DNA of 58,080 nt, taken from NCBI GenBank assembly GCA_964394925.1, contig CAYMZG010000001.1, forward strand, positions 261,656 through 319,735, in the 5' to 3' direction. This DNA comes from an uncultured Candidatus Saccharibacteria bacterium. Lineage in GTDB: Bacteria; Patescibacteriota; Saccharimonadia; Saccharimonadales; CAYLGV01. A program made the position numbers and the translations under genes. The notes beneath the pieces were generated by a model. The model was not told the DNA's origin. It saw only the letters and a program-made list of their open reading frames with translations, and did no database searches. Of the stretch, positions 47,050 to 56,527 are shown piece after piece; the stretch's first letter is position 1, and each line of letters starts with the position of its first letter.

Positions 47050-47307
47050 TTATTCTCCTTCCTTTATGTGATTGATTATTATGCCCGCGATATAACGTCT
47101 TTCTTCAATAGTTAACGGCGTTCCGTCTGGCAGGCAGTGATGGGCGAATACTTCTGCGCCATATTTTAGGGGGTTCTCCTCATTGCTGACACTTGGCTCC
47201 CAGTGAGAATAATGGTTATATGGCGTACCGCACTCAAGGCTTGCCTCGATAGAGCGCAGTACTACACCGCGAGTTCCAGGAGTGTAGCCATTCCTTGTTG
47301 TGGGCAT
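47050..47307 (-). CDS. hypothetical 85-aa protein inserted between grpE and dnaK
   Basis: The ATG overlaps the grpE stop (TGATG). It ends 3 nt before the dnaK ATG, and its last codons carry the dnaK SD. Confidence 0.45.
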   Translation of the reverse strand: MPTTRNGYTPGTRGVVLRSIEASLECGTPYNHYSHWEPSVSNEENPLKYGAEVFAHHCLPDGTPLTIEERRYIAGIIINHIKEGE

Positions 47308-47894
47308 CACTGATTCTCCATCTTAACTTTAACCATGGCATGCCGAATCACCTGGTCACCAAGGCGGTAGCCCGGTTGAAGTTCCTCGCAAACAACTTCA
47401 ACCGTGCCGTCACCCTCTTCCATAGAGACCGCTTCATGTAACTGTGGGTCAAATACTTCACCCACCGTTTTGATGCGCTCCACGCCCATGTCGGCAAGCG
47501 TCTTTTCAAACTGCTTAACGATGCCATTCACGCCCTTTACGTAGTCATTACCTTCAAGCTCGGCCGGCACATGCTTAAGGGCTCTCTCGAAGTTATCGAT
47601 AACCGGCAATAGATCTTGCACTACGTCTGCCTTTACGGCCGTACGTAGATTGGCAATCTGTTCATCGTGCTGGCGACGTACGTTACTGACATCGGCACGC
47701 TCGCGCTGCAACGCCTGAGTAAGTTCGCCAATTTGCTGTTCCAGGCCCGTAATGTGCTCAATAATCTGAGCTTCATCAATCTGCAGTGGTAGATCTGCTT
47801 GCTGCGCCTGACTAGCCTGCGCTTGGTCATTCACATTCGTTTGATCGTCTGGCTGATCTTGATGAGCTTTGCCTTTTTGGTCAGCTTTTGGCAT
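47307..47894 (-). CDS. grpE: nucleotide exchange factor GrpE
   Basis: Q-rich N-terminus, coiled coil, C-terminal GYRLGDQVIRHAMV motif. GGAGAAGG RBS. Confidence 0.92.
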   Translation of the reverse strand: MPKADQKGKAHQDQPDDQTNVNDQAQASQAQQADLPLQIDEAQIIEHITGLEQQIGELTQALQRERADVSNVRRQHDEQIANLRTAVKADVVQDLLPVIDNFERALKHVPAELEGNDYVKGVNGIVKQFEKTLADMGVERIKTVGEVFDPQLHEAVSMEEGDGTVEVVCEELQPGYRLGDQVIRHAMVKVKMENQ

Positions 47895-47969
47895 ACCTTC
47901 TCCTGTTACTGTTGCTCGCCAGCTTGCACACGCCTAGTGTGACTGCCAACTCTAGACATAATAAAGCAA

Positions 47970-47996
47970 TTAGCACTCACATGTCAAGAGTGCTAA
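47970..47996. promoter_or_regulatory. CIRCE operator (perfect): TTAGCACTC-N9-GAGTGCTAA
   Basis: Exact match to the HrcA operator consensus. On the minus strand TTGACA lies in the spacer and TATTAT 18 nt downstream, so the operator overlaps a grpE promoter. Confidence 0.9.
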
Positions 47997-48021
47997 TAAT
48001 CTGTTATTTCGTAGATATCTG

Positions 48022-48735
48022 CTAGTAAAGAGCGTCTTCAAGGGTCCGACCGGCATGTTCTACCAGCATCATCACGTCGCGGTAGCTCTGCCTGGTTGGC
48101 CCAAGCACACCAATATAGCTTTGATCACTATATGGGCTGCGGAAACGGCTAATAATAAGGCTGCAGCCAGCACTGCGTCCTATTGGGTTCTCTTGGCCAA
48201 TATATACGCTCAGCGGTTCGTTTGGGGCAGCTTCCTTGAGCCATGGCTCAAGATTGTCGAGCAGGCGTGCCACCTGCTGAACCTGATCTTGATCGCCATG
48301 CATAAACTCCGGCTGGCCGAATAAGTTGCTTAGCCCAGCCATGTAGAGCTGGTTACCAATGGTGGCAATGCCCAGGTTATGTGTCAGTTCCACGAGTGTA
48401 TCAACAGCGTTACGGATGGTGCGCTCTGGCAAACCACCACTTTCGACGCGAGCCGTTAAGGCGCGTTCGCCACGGCGTTCAGCTGGTGTTTCGTGACCGC
48501 TCGAACTGGCCATGTGGTTCACGTAATAACGGTAGCCTTTATCGGTCGGCACACGCCCGGCACTGGTGTGCGGCTGATAGATCAGCCCTTGGCGTTCCAG
48601 TTCTACCATTTCGGCCCGAATTGTTGCCGACGAAACGCCGAAAACTTTTGCAAGTAGTGATGAGCCGACTGGGCTCGCTACCTCGGCATATTGTTCAACT
48701 ACAGCGGCTAAGATTTTGGCTTGGCGATCGGTCAT
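48022..48735 (-). CDS. hrcA: heat-inducible repressor HrcA, short form (237 aa)
   Basis: Winged-helix N-terminus (MTDRQAKILAAVVEQY..PVGS) and GRVPTDKGYRYYV. First gene of the chaperone operon. Confidence 0.88.
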   Translation of the reverse strand: MTDRQAKILAAVVEQYAEVASPVGSSLLAKVFGVSSATIRAEMVELERQGLIYQPHTSAGRVPTDKGYRYYVNHMASSSGHETPAERRGERALTARVESGGLPERTIRNAVDTLVELTHNLGIATIGNQLYMAGLSNLFGQPEFMHGDQDQVQQVARLLDNLEPWLKEAAPNEPLSVYIGQENPIGRSAGCSLIISRFRSPYSDQSYIGVLGPTRQSYRDVMMLVEHAGRTLEDALY

Positions 48736-48768
48736 AACATGTCCTTTTATTCCGCTAGTGTACTCTAG

Positions 48769-48795
48769 CTAGCACTCTGTAGTCAAGAGTGCTAG
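48769..48795. promoter_or_regulatory. second CIRCE operator (cTAGCACTC-N9-GAGTGCTAg)
   Basis: Inverted repeat with the outermost base pair changed. TTGACT lies in the spacer on the minus strand. It sits upstream of hrcA. Confidence 0.75.
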
Positions 48796-48866
48796 AGGTT
48801 ATGTCGAGGGTAGCGGTATATGTTACAGTTGTGAGAGAAACTCATTAATACGCGGAGGGATAGATC

Positions 48867-49328
48867 ATGCCACATATTCATGAAAAGATTGATTTCACGA
48901 CTACGGCGATTATTGTGTGCGATGGTCGTGTTTTATTGGTGAACCATCCGCGCTATCAAAAATGGATACCCCCTGGTGGTCACATTGAACTCGACGAACA
49001 GCCTGAAGAGGCTGTTATTCGTGAGATAGCTGAGGAGACTGGCCTCGATGTTGAGCTCATGCCAGATAAGCCACGCGCACCTATCCATGAAGATGGTGTT
49101 AATTTTTTACTTGCACCGAACTACATTGATATTCATGACGCGAATCCACCGCATCGCCATATTGGGCTGGTTTATTTTGCACGTGCTAAAAGCGATGCGT
49201 TTAAACTTTCCGACGAACATGATGACATGCGCTGGTTTACCCCTAAGGAGATGGATAATCCTACCTATAATATTGGCGCGAGTGTGAAGTTTTATGCCAC
49301 CGAGGCAATCAAGAAGGCTGAGCAATGA
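48867..49328 (+). CDS. NUDIX hydrolase
   Basis: Nudix box GGHIELDEQPEEAVIREIAEETGL. GGAGGG RBS. Confidence 0.85.
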   Translation: MPHIHEKIDFTTTAIIVCDGRVLLVNHPRYQKWIPPGGHIELDEQPEEAVIREIAEETGLDVELMPDKPRAPIHEDGVNFLLAPNYIDIHDANPPHRHIGLVYFARAKSDAFKLSDEHDDMRWFTPKEMDNPTYNIGASVKFYATEAIKKAEQ

Positions 49329-49783
49329 AACCAGCACCAGATTTTTCACTACCCGACCAAACCGGCACCACACGATCGCTGCAAGATTATCGCGGGCAAT
49401 GGGTGGTTTTATACTTCTACCCCAAAGACGAAACGCCCGGCTGCACAGTCGAAGCATGCAATTTTAGGGATGCTCGCGAAGCCATTGCCGATTTAGGCAA
49501 GGCCACGGTGATTGGCGTGAGTAAAGACAGTGTTAAGGCACACCAGAAGTTCGCCGAGCGCCACAAACTCAACTTTACGTTACTGAGCGATGAAAACCAC
49601 GAAGCCATCGAAGCTTACGGCGCCTGGCAAGAGAAAAGTATGTTCGGCAAAAAATATATGGGTATACAGCGTAGCACCGTAATTATTGATCCTGCTGGCA
49701 ACATCGCTAAAGAGTATCCCAAGGTAAATCCTGCCAAGCATGCTGCTGAAATAATTAAAGATCTGCAGACGCTTCAAAAATAA
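49325..49783 (+). CDS. bcp: thiol peroxidase Bcp (peroxiredoxin)
   Basis: FYPKDETPGCTVEAC active site. ATGA overlap with the NUDIX gene. Confidence 0.88.
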   Translation: MKPAPDFSLPDQTGTTRSLQDYRGQWVVLYFYPKDETPGCTVEACNFRDAREAIADLGKATVIGVSKDSVKAHQKFAERHKLNFTLLSDENHEAIEAYGAWQEKSMFGKKYMGIQRSTVIIDPAGNIAKEYPKVNPAKHAAEIIKDLQTLQK

Positions 49784-49911
49784 GCATAAAAAGATTGTGC
49801 TTAGCGCACGAGCAGTGTACTATTACGGTAAAACAAACACGCGTGAAATGGACCCGTGGGATACTCGTGATTTCATGGGTCCTTTTTATTCGTTGCTATT
49901 CTTGGCTGTCG

Positions 49912-51693
49912 CTAATCTCGTTTGAGCATAACGGTAAAGGCCTCGGCCGGGATGTCGACCTTACCGAAGCGCTTCATACGCTTCTTTCCCTTAGCCTGCT
50001 TAGCAAGCACCTTCTTCTTTCGAGATACATCACCACCATACAAACCAGTGGTCACGTCCTTGCGATAAGCACTAATGTCCTCGCGGGCAATGAACTTGCC
50101 GCCAATTGCCGCCTGGAGCGCCACCTGAAAGTTTTGGCGCGGAATAACTTCTTTGAGCTTGCCAACTGTTTCACGCCCCAAGCCCTGCGCTTCGCTACGG
50201 TGCACCATAATACTCAGCGCATCCACCCGCTCACCAGCTACATAAAAATCAAGTTTTACCAGATCTTCAGCGCGGTAGTTATCGAGTTCGTAGTTGAATG
50301 AGCCGTAGCCACTCGTTACACTCTTTAATTGATCATAAAAGTCAGTTAACAGATTAGCTAGTGGCGCTTCAAAACTCACCAACGCAAGTTGCGCATCTAC
50401 GTAACTCAGATTTTTATGTACACCACGCTTGCTGGCAACCAGTTGAATAACCGAACCGACGTAATCTTTGGGTACGACTACTTCACCCTTGATCCATGGT
50501 TCACGAATTTCTTTAATTTTGGCTGGATCAGGCAGGTCGGCGGCCGATTTTATGTCCACCTCTTCGCCGCTTAAAAGGGTGATTTCGTAGTCAGTTGACG
50601 GGTTCGTGACCACTAATTCTAGATCATATTCTCGCTCAAGGCGCTCGCGGACGATATCCATGTGTAGCAGGCCAAGGAAACCAATACGCACACCAAATCC
50701 GAGCACGGGTGAGTTTTCGGGAGTGAATTGCAGGGCAGAATCGCTCAGTGACAGCTTTTCGATGGCATCTTTGAGTTCTTGATAGTGCTCATTTGACTCT
50801 GGGAAGAAGCCCGCATACACGAAAGGCTTCACGTCTTGGTAGCCCGGCAGTGCCTCGCTCGTTGGATTCTTGGTCAGCGTAACAGTGTCGCCTACCTTGG
50901 CCTCGCGGGTACTGCGTAGGTTGGTAACCACGTAACCAATCTCGCCTGCCTGCAAGTCGCTTGATGGTGACATGCCGGGTGTAAGTGAGCCAACTTCGAG
51001 TGCTAAACCATCGGCATTGGTAGCCAGCATTTTGATCTGGTCATTTTTGCCAATTTTGCCGTCGATCAAACGGAGGTACAGAATCACACCCCGATAGTCA
51101 TCGTAGTAGCTGTCAAAAATAAGAGCGCGTGTTTGCGCACCGCTATCACCTTTTGGTGGCGGTACATCATGCACGACACGCTCTAGGACCGCTTCAACAC
51201 CCATGCCTGTTTTAGCAGAGATGTGCAAAATATCCTCGGCCTTACAGCCGAGCAAACTAATGACTTCAGCGCTTACCCGCTCTACATCAGCAGCCGGCAG
51301 ATCGATCTTATTAAGTACAGGAATAATAGTCAGGTCGGCTGCCATTGCGAGATACACATTAGCCAGCGTTTGCGCCTGAATACCCTGACTAGCATCCACT
51401 ACCAGGATTGCTCCCTCACAAGCCTCAAGGCTGCGCGAGACTTCATAGCTAAAGTCGACGTGCCCTGGGGTGTCAATGAGGTTGAGCTCATAGTCTTGAT
51501 ATTTCATACGAACTGGGGCCAACTTAATGGTAATACCCTTCTCACGCTCGAGGTCCATTTTGTCGAGCAGCTGTGCTTTCATATCACGCTTATCAACGGT
51601 TCCGGTCAGCTCTAATAGGCGATCAGCCAGCGTAGACTTACCGTGGTCGATGTGTGCAATGATGCAAAAGTTTCGTATATAGTCAGGATTCAC
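49912..51693 (-). CDS. lepA: translation elongation factor 4 (LepA)
   Basis: IRNFCIIAHIDHGKSTL, DTPGHVDF, NKID. GTG start. Confidence 0.97.
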   Translation of the reverse strand: MNPDYIRNFCIIAHIDHGKSTLADRLLELTGTVDKRDMKAQLLDKMDLEREKGITIKLAPVRMKYQDYELNLIDTPGHVDFSYEVSRSLEACEGAILVVDASQGIQAQTLANVYLAMAADLTIIPVLNKIDLPAADVERVSAEVISLLGCKAEDILHISAKTGMGVEAVLERVVHDVPPPKGDSGAQTRALIFDSYYDDYRGVILYLRLIDGKIGKNDQIKMLATNADGLALEVGSLTPGMSPSSDLQAGEIGYVVTNLRSTREAKVGDTVTLTKNPTSEALPGYQDVKPFVYAGFFPESNEHYQELKDAIEKLSLSDSALQFTPENSPVLGFGVRIGFLGLLHMDIVRERLEREYDLELVVTNPSTDYEITLLSGEEVDIKSAADLPDPAKIKEIREPWIKGEVVVPKDYVGSVIQLVASKRGVHKNLSYVDAQLALVSFEAPLANLLTDFYDQLKSVTSGYGSFNYELDNYRAEDLVKLDFYVAGERVDALSIMVHRSEAQGLGRETVGKLKEVIPRQNFQVALQAAIGGKFIAREDISAYRKDVTTGLYGGDVSRKKKVLAKQAKGKKRMKRFGKVDIPAEAFTVMLKRD

Positions 51694-51702
51694 GTCTGAG
51701 GG

Positions 51703-51711
51703 ATTATAACA
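51703..51711 (-). promoter_or_regulatory. extended -10 promoter TGtTATAAT, 9 nt upstream of the lepA GTG
   Basis: The minus strand reads TGTTATAAT-CCCTCAGAC-GTG. No SD is present. Confidence 0.4.
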
Positions 51712-51728
51712 GAGGTGGCACCTCTAGC

Positions 51729-51828
51729 CTAGTGCGAGTCACTCCGGGAGAGTACGGAAAACGCCAAATGCACACTCTTGTTTTCCTCGCGGCCTATAGC
51801 CGAGCACCTCCGAATCGACTCGCACTAG
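51729..51828 (+). repeat. structured about 100-nt element, copy B (sense on plus strand)
   Basis: 12-bp closing stem CTAGTGCGAGTC/GACTCGCACTAG. Inner stem GGAAAAC/GTTTTCC. Shares the core GTACGGAAAaCGCCAAA ... TTTCCT ... GcCTATAGC with copy A. Confidence 0.6.
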
Positions 51829-51832
51829 CCAA

Positions 51833-51935
51833 CAATCAACCTACCGTTGTAGGGGGTTTGCTATAGCCAATCAGGAAAGCCAAGAACGAATGTTCCTTTG
51901 GCGGCTTTCCGTACCCTACAGCGATAGGTTGATTG
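51833..51935 (-). repeat. structured about 100-nt element, copy A (sense on minus strand)
   Basis: 11-bp closing stem CAATCAACCTA/TAGGTTGATTG. Second stem TGTAGGG/CCCTACA. Inner stem GGAAAGCC/GGCTTTCC. Core GTACGGAAAgCCGCCAAA ... TTTCCT ... GgCTATAGC. Confidence 0.6.
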
Positions 51936-51940
51936 CTAAC

Positions 51941-53560
51941 TTAGGAGAGAGCGCGGATAGGCTTGAGGATGAGTTCTTTGGCTTTTCGAATGACAGGGCG
52001 AGCTTCGTCTAGGTCAAACAAGAGCGATACGCCAACGTGTACCGCAAACGTGACGCCAATAATACACGCCAGTTTAATGCCAAGCTGGATAACACCGATG
52101 TCGTTGCGATAAAGAGGGAAGATCTTGATCATAATGAAAGCAGTTACTACCGTAAAGCCAGTCACCGACAGAATACGCATAACACCACCCCAGAATTCTC
52201 GATTAAGTAACTTATGATCACGAATGAGCATGATGCTTACCAAGATAAGTACTTCAGCAAAAGCCACTAATGACTGGGCAATTGCCAAGCCAGCCAGGCC
52301 GTAGGTGTCGGGACGAGCCAAGGTAAACGCCAGCACTATGTTGAGCGCAATGGCGAATAACGATACATACAGTGGGGTTTTGGTGTCTTTTTGAGCATAA
52401 AAGTAACGTGATACGATGCTATAACAGATACGGAAGAAGATGGCGCCACTCAGAAAACCAAAAATCAGGGCCACGGGTGGCGCAGCTTGTCCGTATAGAA
52501 TACGAGCGAAATAGCCGCGGCAAAAGTAGCACACCACAACCGTTGGAAGCGCTAGCCAAATCATAATGCGCCAGACATGCAGAAAATCTCGGCGGAATAG
52601 ATCGGGGCGGTTTTGTGAAAGTCGCTCAGAAAGTCGAGGAAACACGGCAGTCGAGATAGACGTACCAATGAGCATGATTGGCACGTTGTGAAGCGTCATA
52701 GCAAAGTTGTAGTAACTAACTGAGCCAGGCCCCAAATGTCCCGCACGGTTGGTTTCAACAACGCTGTTTAGCTGATCAATACCCTGGTCAATAGAACGCG
52801 GTGGCAGCTGCTTGAGACTGCCCTGGAAATCTGCATTGCGCCAATGAATCCGTGGCCGCCAATGAAAGCCCAACCCAACCAGACCGAAGCAGGCAATGGA
52901 GAGTTGCACAATAGCACCAACAAGTGCACCAATACCTAGCCCAATAATGCCGAGGTGTCCTGGCCCGCCGCTATGCCCGGGAGCAATACTAAAGATAATG
53001 GCGCTCACTGCAATACACGCGTTGTAGCAGAGTGGCGCAATCGCAAAGAAGAAGAAGCGGCCGAACGTCTGCTGCACACTCATAAGGATGCCGGAAATCG
53101 TAAATAGCAACGGGTTGAGCGCGAGAAGTCTCATGATGGTGACCGCCTGGTGTAAGCTCTCTCCCGTAAGGCTCGGATTAACCACATGCTTAATCAGCGG
53201 CTCGGCAAATACAAATATAATCACCGATACACAGGCCATGATAATGGCCAACAAGTTAAGCAGGCTCATTACAAGCATCCATACGCCCTTTTTGTCACCT
53301 CGATGCAAATGGTCAGTTAAAAAGGGAATGAAAGCTACGCCAAGGGCACCTGCCGCAATGGTGTAAAAGAAGAAGTCAGGAATCTGAAACGCCGCAAAAA
53401 AGGCGTCACTGCTAGCAGGATCAACGACCGTAAAGTTGGTGCTAATCAGGCGATTTCGGAAGAAACCAAGAATCTGTCCTGCCATAGCAACACTCACCAG
53501 CAGAAAGGCGGCACCGCCCAACGACACGCGTTTATTCGCACGATTCAGAATACGTTTCAC
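51941..53560 (-). CDS. murJ: lipid II flippase MurJ (MviN family)
   Basis: 539-aa protein with about 14 TMs. The N-terminus (GGAAFLLVSVAMAGQILGFFRNRL) is typical of MurJ. GTG start with TATACT 8 nt upstream. Confidence 0.88.
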   Translation of the reverse strand: MKRILNRANKRVSLGGAAFLLVSVAMAGQILGFFRNRLISTNFTVVDPASSDAFFAAFQIPDFFFYTIAAGALGVAFIPFLTDHLHRGDKKGVWMLVMSLLNLLAIIMACVSVIIFVFAEPLIKHVVNPSLTGESLHQAVTIMRLLALNPLLFTISGILMSVQQTFGRFFFFAIAPLCYNACIAVSAIIFSIAPGHSGGPGHLGIIGLGIGALVGAIVQLSIACFGLVGLGFHWRPRIHWRNADFQGSLKQLPPRSIDQGIDQLNSVVETNRAGHLGPGSVSYYNFAMTLHNVPIMLIGTSISTAVFPRLSERLSQNRPDLFRRDFLHVWRIMIWLALPTVVVCYFCRGYFARILYGQAAPPVALIFGFLSGAIFFRICYSIVSRYFYAQKDTKTPLYVSLFAIALNIVLAFTLARPDTYGLAGLAIAQSLVAFAEVLILVSIMLIRDHKLLNREFWGGVMRILSVTGFTVVTAFIMIKIFPLYRNDIGVIQLGIKLACIIGVTFAVHVGVSLLFDLDEARPVIRKAKELILKPIRALS

Positions 53561-53606
53561 TGCTAAATAGTATAGAGGTAGCTGGGCTGTAAGCCTAGGC
53601 TAAAAT

Positions 53607-55514
53607 CTAGTAAAGTGCTGCGTCCTTAGGCATCTTGGAGCCCTTGAAGATATCAAGCACTTCTTCGGCTTCAACAGTCTCTTTCTGCAGCAGCGCTTCT
53701 TTTAATTTTTCAAGCTTATCTCGGTTGACCTTGATGACCGCACGAGCACGATTAGCGGCTTCAGTAATGAGGCTCTCGACTTCGTCGTCAATAATCTTGG
53801 CCGTTTCATCGGAATACTGTCGTTCGTGCACCATTCTTTCAAGCATCATGCCCTCTTCGACGTGGAAGACTTGGTCACGTAGCTGCTTGCCCATTCCCTG
53901 GTTTACAACCATCTCTCGGGCAAGTTCTGCTGCCTTTTGTAAGTCATTGCCGGCCCCGGTTGTTACGCGGTCAGGGCCATACATAACTTCTTCGGCGATA
54001 CGCCCACCAAGCATGCGAGCCAGAATGTCTTTGTACTCCAAAACGCTGTGGTAGCTCTTATCTTCCGGTGGAATGAACCAGGTAACACCGCCAGTACCAC
54101 CGCGCGGGATAATGGTAACTTTGTGCACCATATCGCTATCGGGCAATACATGGCCAACAATAGCGTGACCAGCTTCGTGATAAGCAGTGAGCTCCTTCTC
54201 TTTTTCGTTCATGATCTTGCTCTTGCGCTCGGGACCAATCGCAACTTTTTCGAAGGCGGCCGTTACATCGGCCTGCGTAATCGTCTTGCGGTCATGGCGC
54301 GCAGCAATAATGGCCGATTCATTGGCAATGTTTGCCAGGTCAGCGCCAGATGAGCCAGCACTTTTGGCTGCAAGTGCATCAAGGTCAACGCCGCTATCAA
54401 TTGGCTTCTTGGCAAAATGAACTTTAAGGATTGCTTCGCGGTCTTTGCGGTCAGGCAAACCAATGTTAACGCGTCGGTCGAAGCGGCCTGGTCGTAGCAA
54501 GGCAGGATCAAGGACATCAACACGGTTAGTAGCTGCTAGCACAATCACATTCGCCCCCTGTTCGAAGCCATCCATCTCAGTCAATATTTGATTCAGGGTC
54601 TGCTCGCGCTCATCATGACCACCACCCATACCGCTGCCACGACGGCGTCCGACAGCGTCGATTTCATCAACAAAGATAATACATGGAGCGTTCTTTTTAG
54701 CTTTAGCAAACAGGTCACGCACGCGACTGGCGCCAACACCAACAAACATTTCTACAAACTCAGAACCTGAGATGCTAAAGAATGGTACGCCCGCTTCACC
54801 TGCTACGGCACGAGCCAGCATTGTTTTACCGGTACCTGGAGGGCCAACCAGCATAACACCTTTTGGAATCTTCGCTCCAACCGACTCAAACTTCTTCGGG
54901 TACTTCAAAAATTCCACAATTTCTTCGAGATCTTGCTTAGCTTCCTCGGAACCAGCCACACTCTTGAACGTGACCTTGTCCTTTTCATTGCCATACAGGC
55001 GCGCTCGGCTCTTACCAAAGCTCATGGCTTGGTTGCCTTGGCCCTGTGCACTACGGAGCATAAAGAACAGTACAGCACTGATGATAATCACCGGTAGAAT
55101 TGACAAGCCAACCTGACCCCACATTGAGCCACTGTCACTGACTTTTTCGTTTACAACTTCTACATCATGCGTTGTAAGACCTTGCTCATAGATGCTTGAG
55201 CCAGACTCTTTGCGTGAAACACCAGCTGGTGTTTTGTCGTCTTTATTCGTGTAAACGGTTAATTCGTCGCCCTTGACCACGATCTTGCGATATTTACAGT
55301 CGTCTTTGTTGCCCTTGTATTGGCTATCGCAGGCATTGGCGCCATTGATTACACCATTGAAAGGAATCTGCTTAAGACTGCTCTGCTGGCCCCGTACACC
55401 TGCCAACACAATCAGACCAAATAACGCTAAAAGTGCCAAGAAGCCAACATTCTTTAAGCCTTTACGGCCCTTACTCTTCTTGCCCCCACTAGGTTTAAAC
55501 GGTTTTTTCTCCAT
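53607..55514 (-). CDS. ftsH: ATP-dependent zinc metalloprotease FtsH
   Basis: [11 protein letters not shown] region, HEAGHA zinc site. Confidence 0.97.
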   Translation of the reverse strand: MEKKPFKPSGGKKSKGRKGLKNVGFLALLALFGLIVLAGVRGQQSSLKQIPFNGVINGANACDSQYKGNKDDCKYRKIVVKGDELTVYTNKDDKTPAGVSRKESGSSIYEQGLTTHDVEVVNEKVSDSGSMWGQVGLSILPVIIISAVLFFMLRSAQGQGNQAMSFGKSRARLYGNEKDKVTFKSVAGSEEAKQDLEEIVEFLKYPKKFESVGAKIPKGVMLVGPPGTGKTMLARAVAGEAGVPFFSISGSEFVEMFVGVGASRVRDLFAKAKKNAPCIIFVDEIDAVGRRRGSGMGGGHDEREQTLNQILTEMDGFEQGANVIVLAATNRVDVLDPALLRPGRFDRRVNIGLPDRKDREAILKVHFAKKPIDSGVDLDALAAKSAGSSGADLANIANESAIIAARHDRKTITQADVTAAFEKVAIGPERKSKIMNEKEKELTAYHEAGHAIVGHVLPDSDMVHKVTIIPRGGTGGVTWFIPPEDKSYHSVLEYKDILARMLGGRIAEEVMYGPDRVTTGAGNDLQKAAELAREMVVNQGMGKQLRDQVFHVEEGMMLERMVHERQYSDETAKIIDDEVESLITEAANRARAVIKVNRDKLEKLKEALLQKETVEAEEVLDIFKGSKMPKDAALY

Positions 55515-55550
55515 AAGTAAACCTATTATACATAATTTTGTAAGTGTGTT

Positions 55551-56438
55551 CTAGCGCTCGACATAATGGAGTGCTAGGCGTTGTTTGCCAACCTGTAGAT
55601 TGTGGTGTTTATCAACATGGAACGTAGCGCCTGGTTGGGCAGTTTTCATAGCAACCAGTAGGCGTTCAATGGTCCGTTTTTGGATGTTTTTAACCTGGTG
55701 CCGTCGAAACCATGCATGCACTACTTCCTTGGCAACATCATGCGGCAAATGAATAAACCATTGCCGATCAAGTTCATCACGCTTAGGTTGCACATGCAGC
55801 ATATTGATAAGCCGCGCATCAAGCTCATCGTTAATGTCAGACAACTGGTCGATCAAAATAAGCAATTGCGCACGCTGGCCATCAGTAAGCCGTGGAATGA
55901 CGTTGTGCCTTAAATGGTTTCGCAAGTAGCGCGTGTCACTGTTTGTGACGTCTTCGTTCCAAGGGATCGCATGATTCTCGGCGTATTCTCGAATTTGTTG
56001 CTTAGAGAATGGTAGCAACGGTCGAATGATACCGTCGGTGCTACGTAGTGATGTTAGCCCACGCCTACCCGTTCCACGCATCATGTTTATCATCGCTGTT
56101 TCGAGCACATCGTCTTGGTGATGGGCGGTAGCGATTGCTTTTGTATTTGTAACCGCGGCAACTTTTCTTAAAAATGCGTAGCGTGCCTCCCGAGCTGTCG
56201 CCTCGCTTGTCCGAGGGCCCAAATGGGCCTCATCATATACAAAGGGCAGCTGGTAGCGACTGGCGTATTGGCCAACAAGCTGACGATCGCGAGCCGATTC
56301 TGAACGGATGCCATGGTCCAAATGCGCAACAACGAGCTGCACGCCTGGCCTCTGTCGCATGAGATCAAGCAGCACCATGGAATCAACGCCACCACTCACC
56401 CCCAATACATATCGACCCGCACCCACCGAAATTCTCAT
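55551..56438 (-). CDS. tilS: tRNA(Ile)-lysidine synthase TilS (short form)
   Basis: PP-loop GVSGGVDS and HLDHGIR. 295 aa. Confidence 0.88.
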   Translation of the reverse strand: MRISVGAGRYVLGVSGGVDSMVLLDLMRQRPGVQLVVAHLDHGIRSESARDRQLVGQYASRYQLPFVYDEAHLGPRTSEATAREARYAFLRKVAAVTNTKAIATAHHQDDVLETAMINMMRGTGRRGLTSLRSTDGIIRPLLPFSKQQIREYAENHAIPWNEDVTNSDTRYLRNHLRHNVIPRLTDGQRAQLLILIDQLSDINDELDARLINMLHVQPKRDELDRQWFIHLPHDVAKEVVHAWFRRHQVKNIQKRTIERLLVAMKTAQPGATFHVDKHHNLQVGKQRLALHYVER

Positions 56439-56527
56439 ACAGGTTAGTATACAGAAAAGTGCGCCCGTAAGGCTGGAAAATGACCTCTAGAGTAGGTATA
56501 CTTGCTTGTGAAAACTAAAAAATAAAC

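Noticed and set aside
49850-49887. Possible terminator between the convergent bcp and lepA genes (GGACCC...GGGTCC followed by TTTTT).
   Set aside because: The stem is only 6 bp with a 21-nt loop, which is too weak to call confidently.
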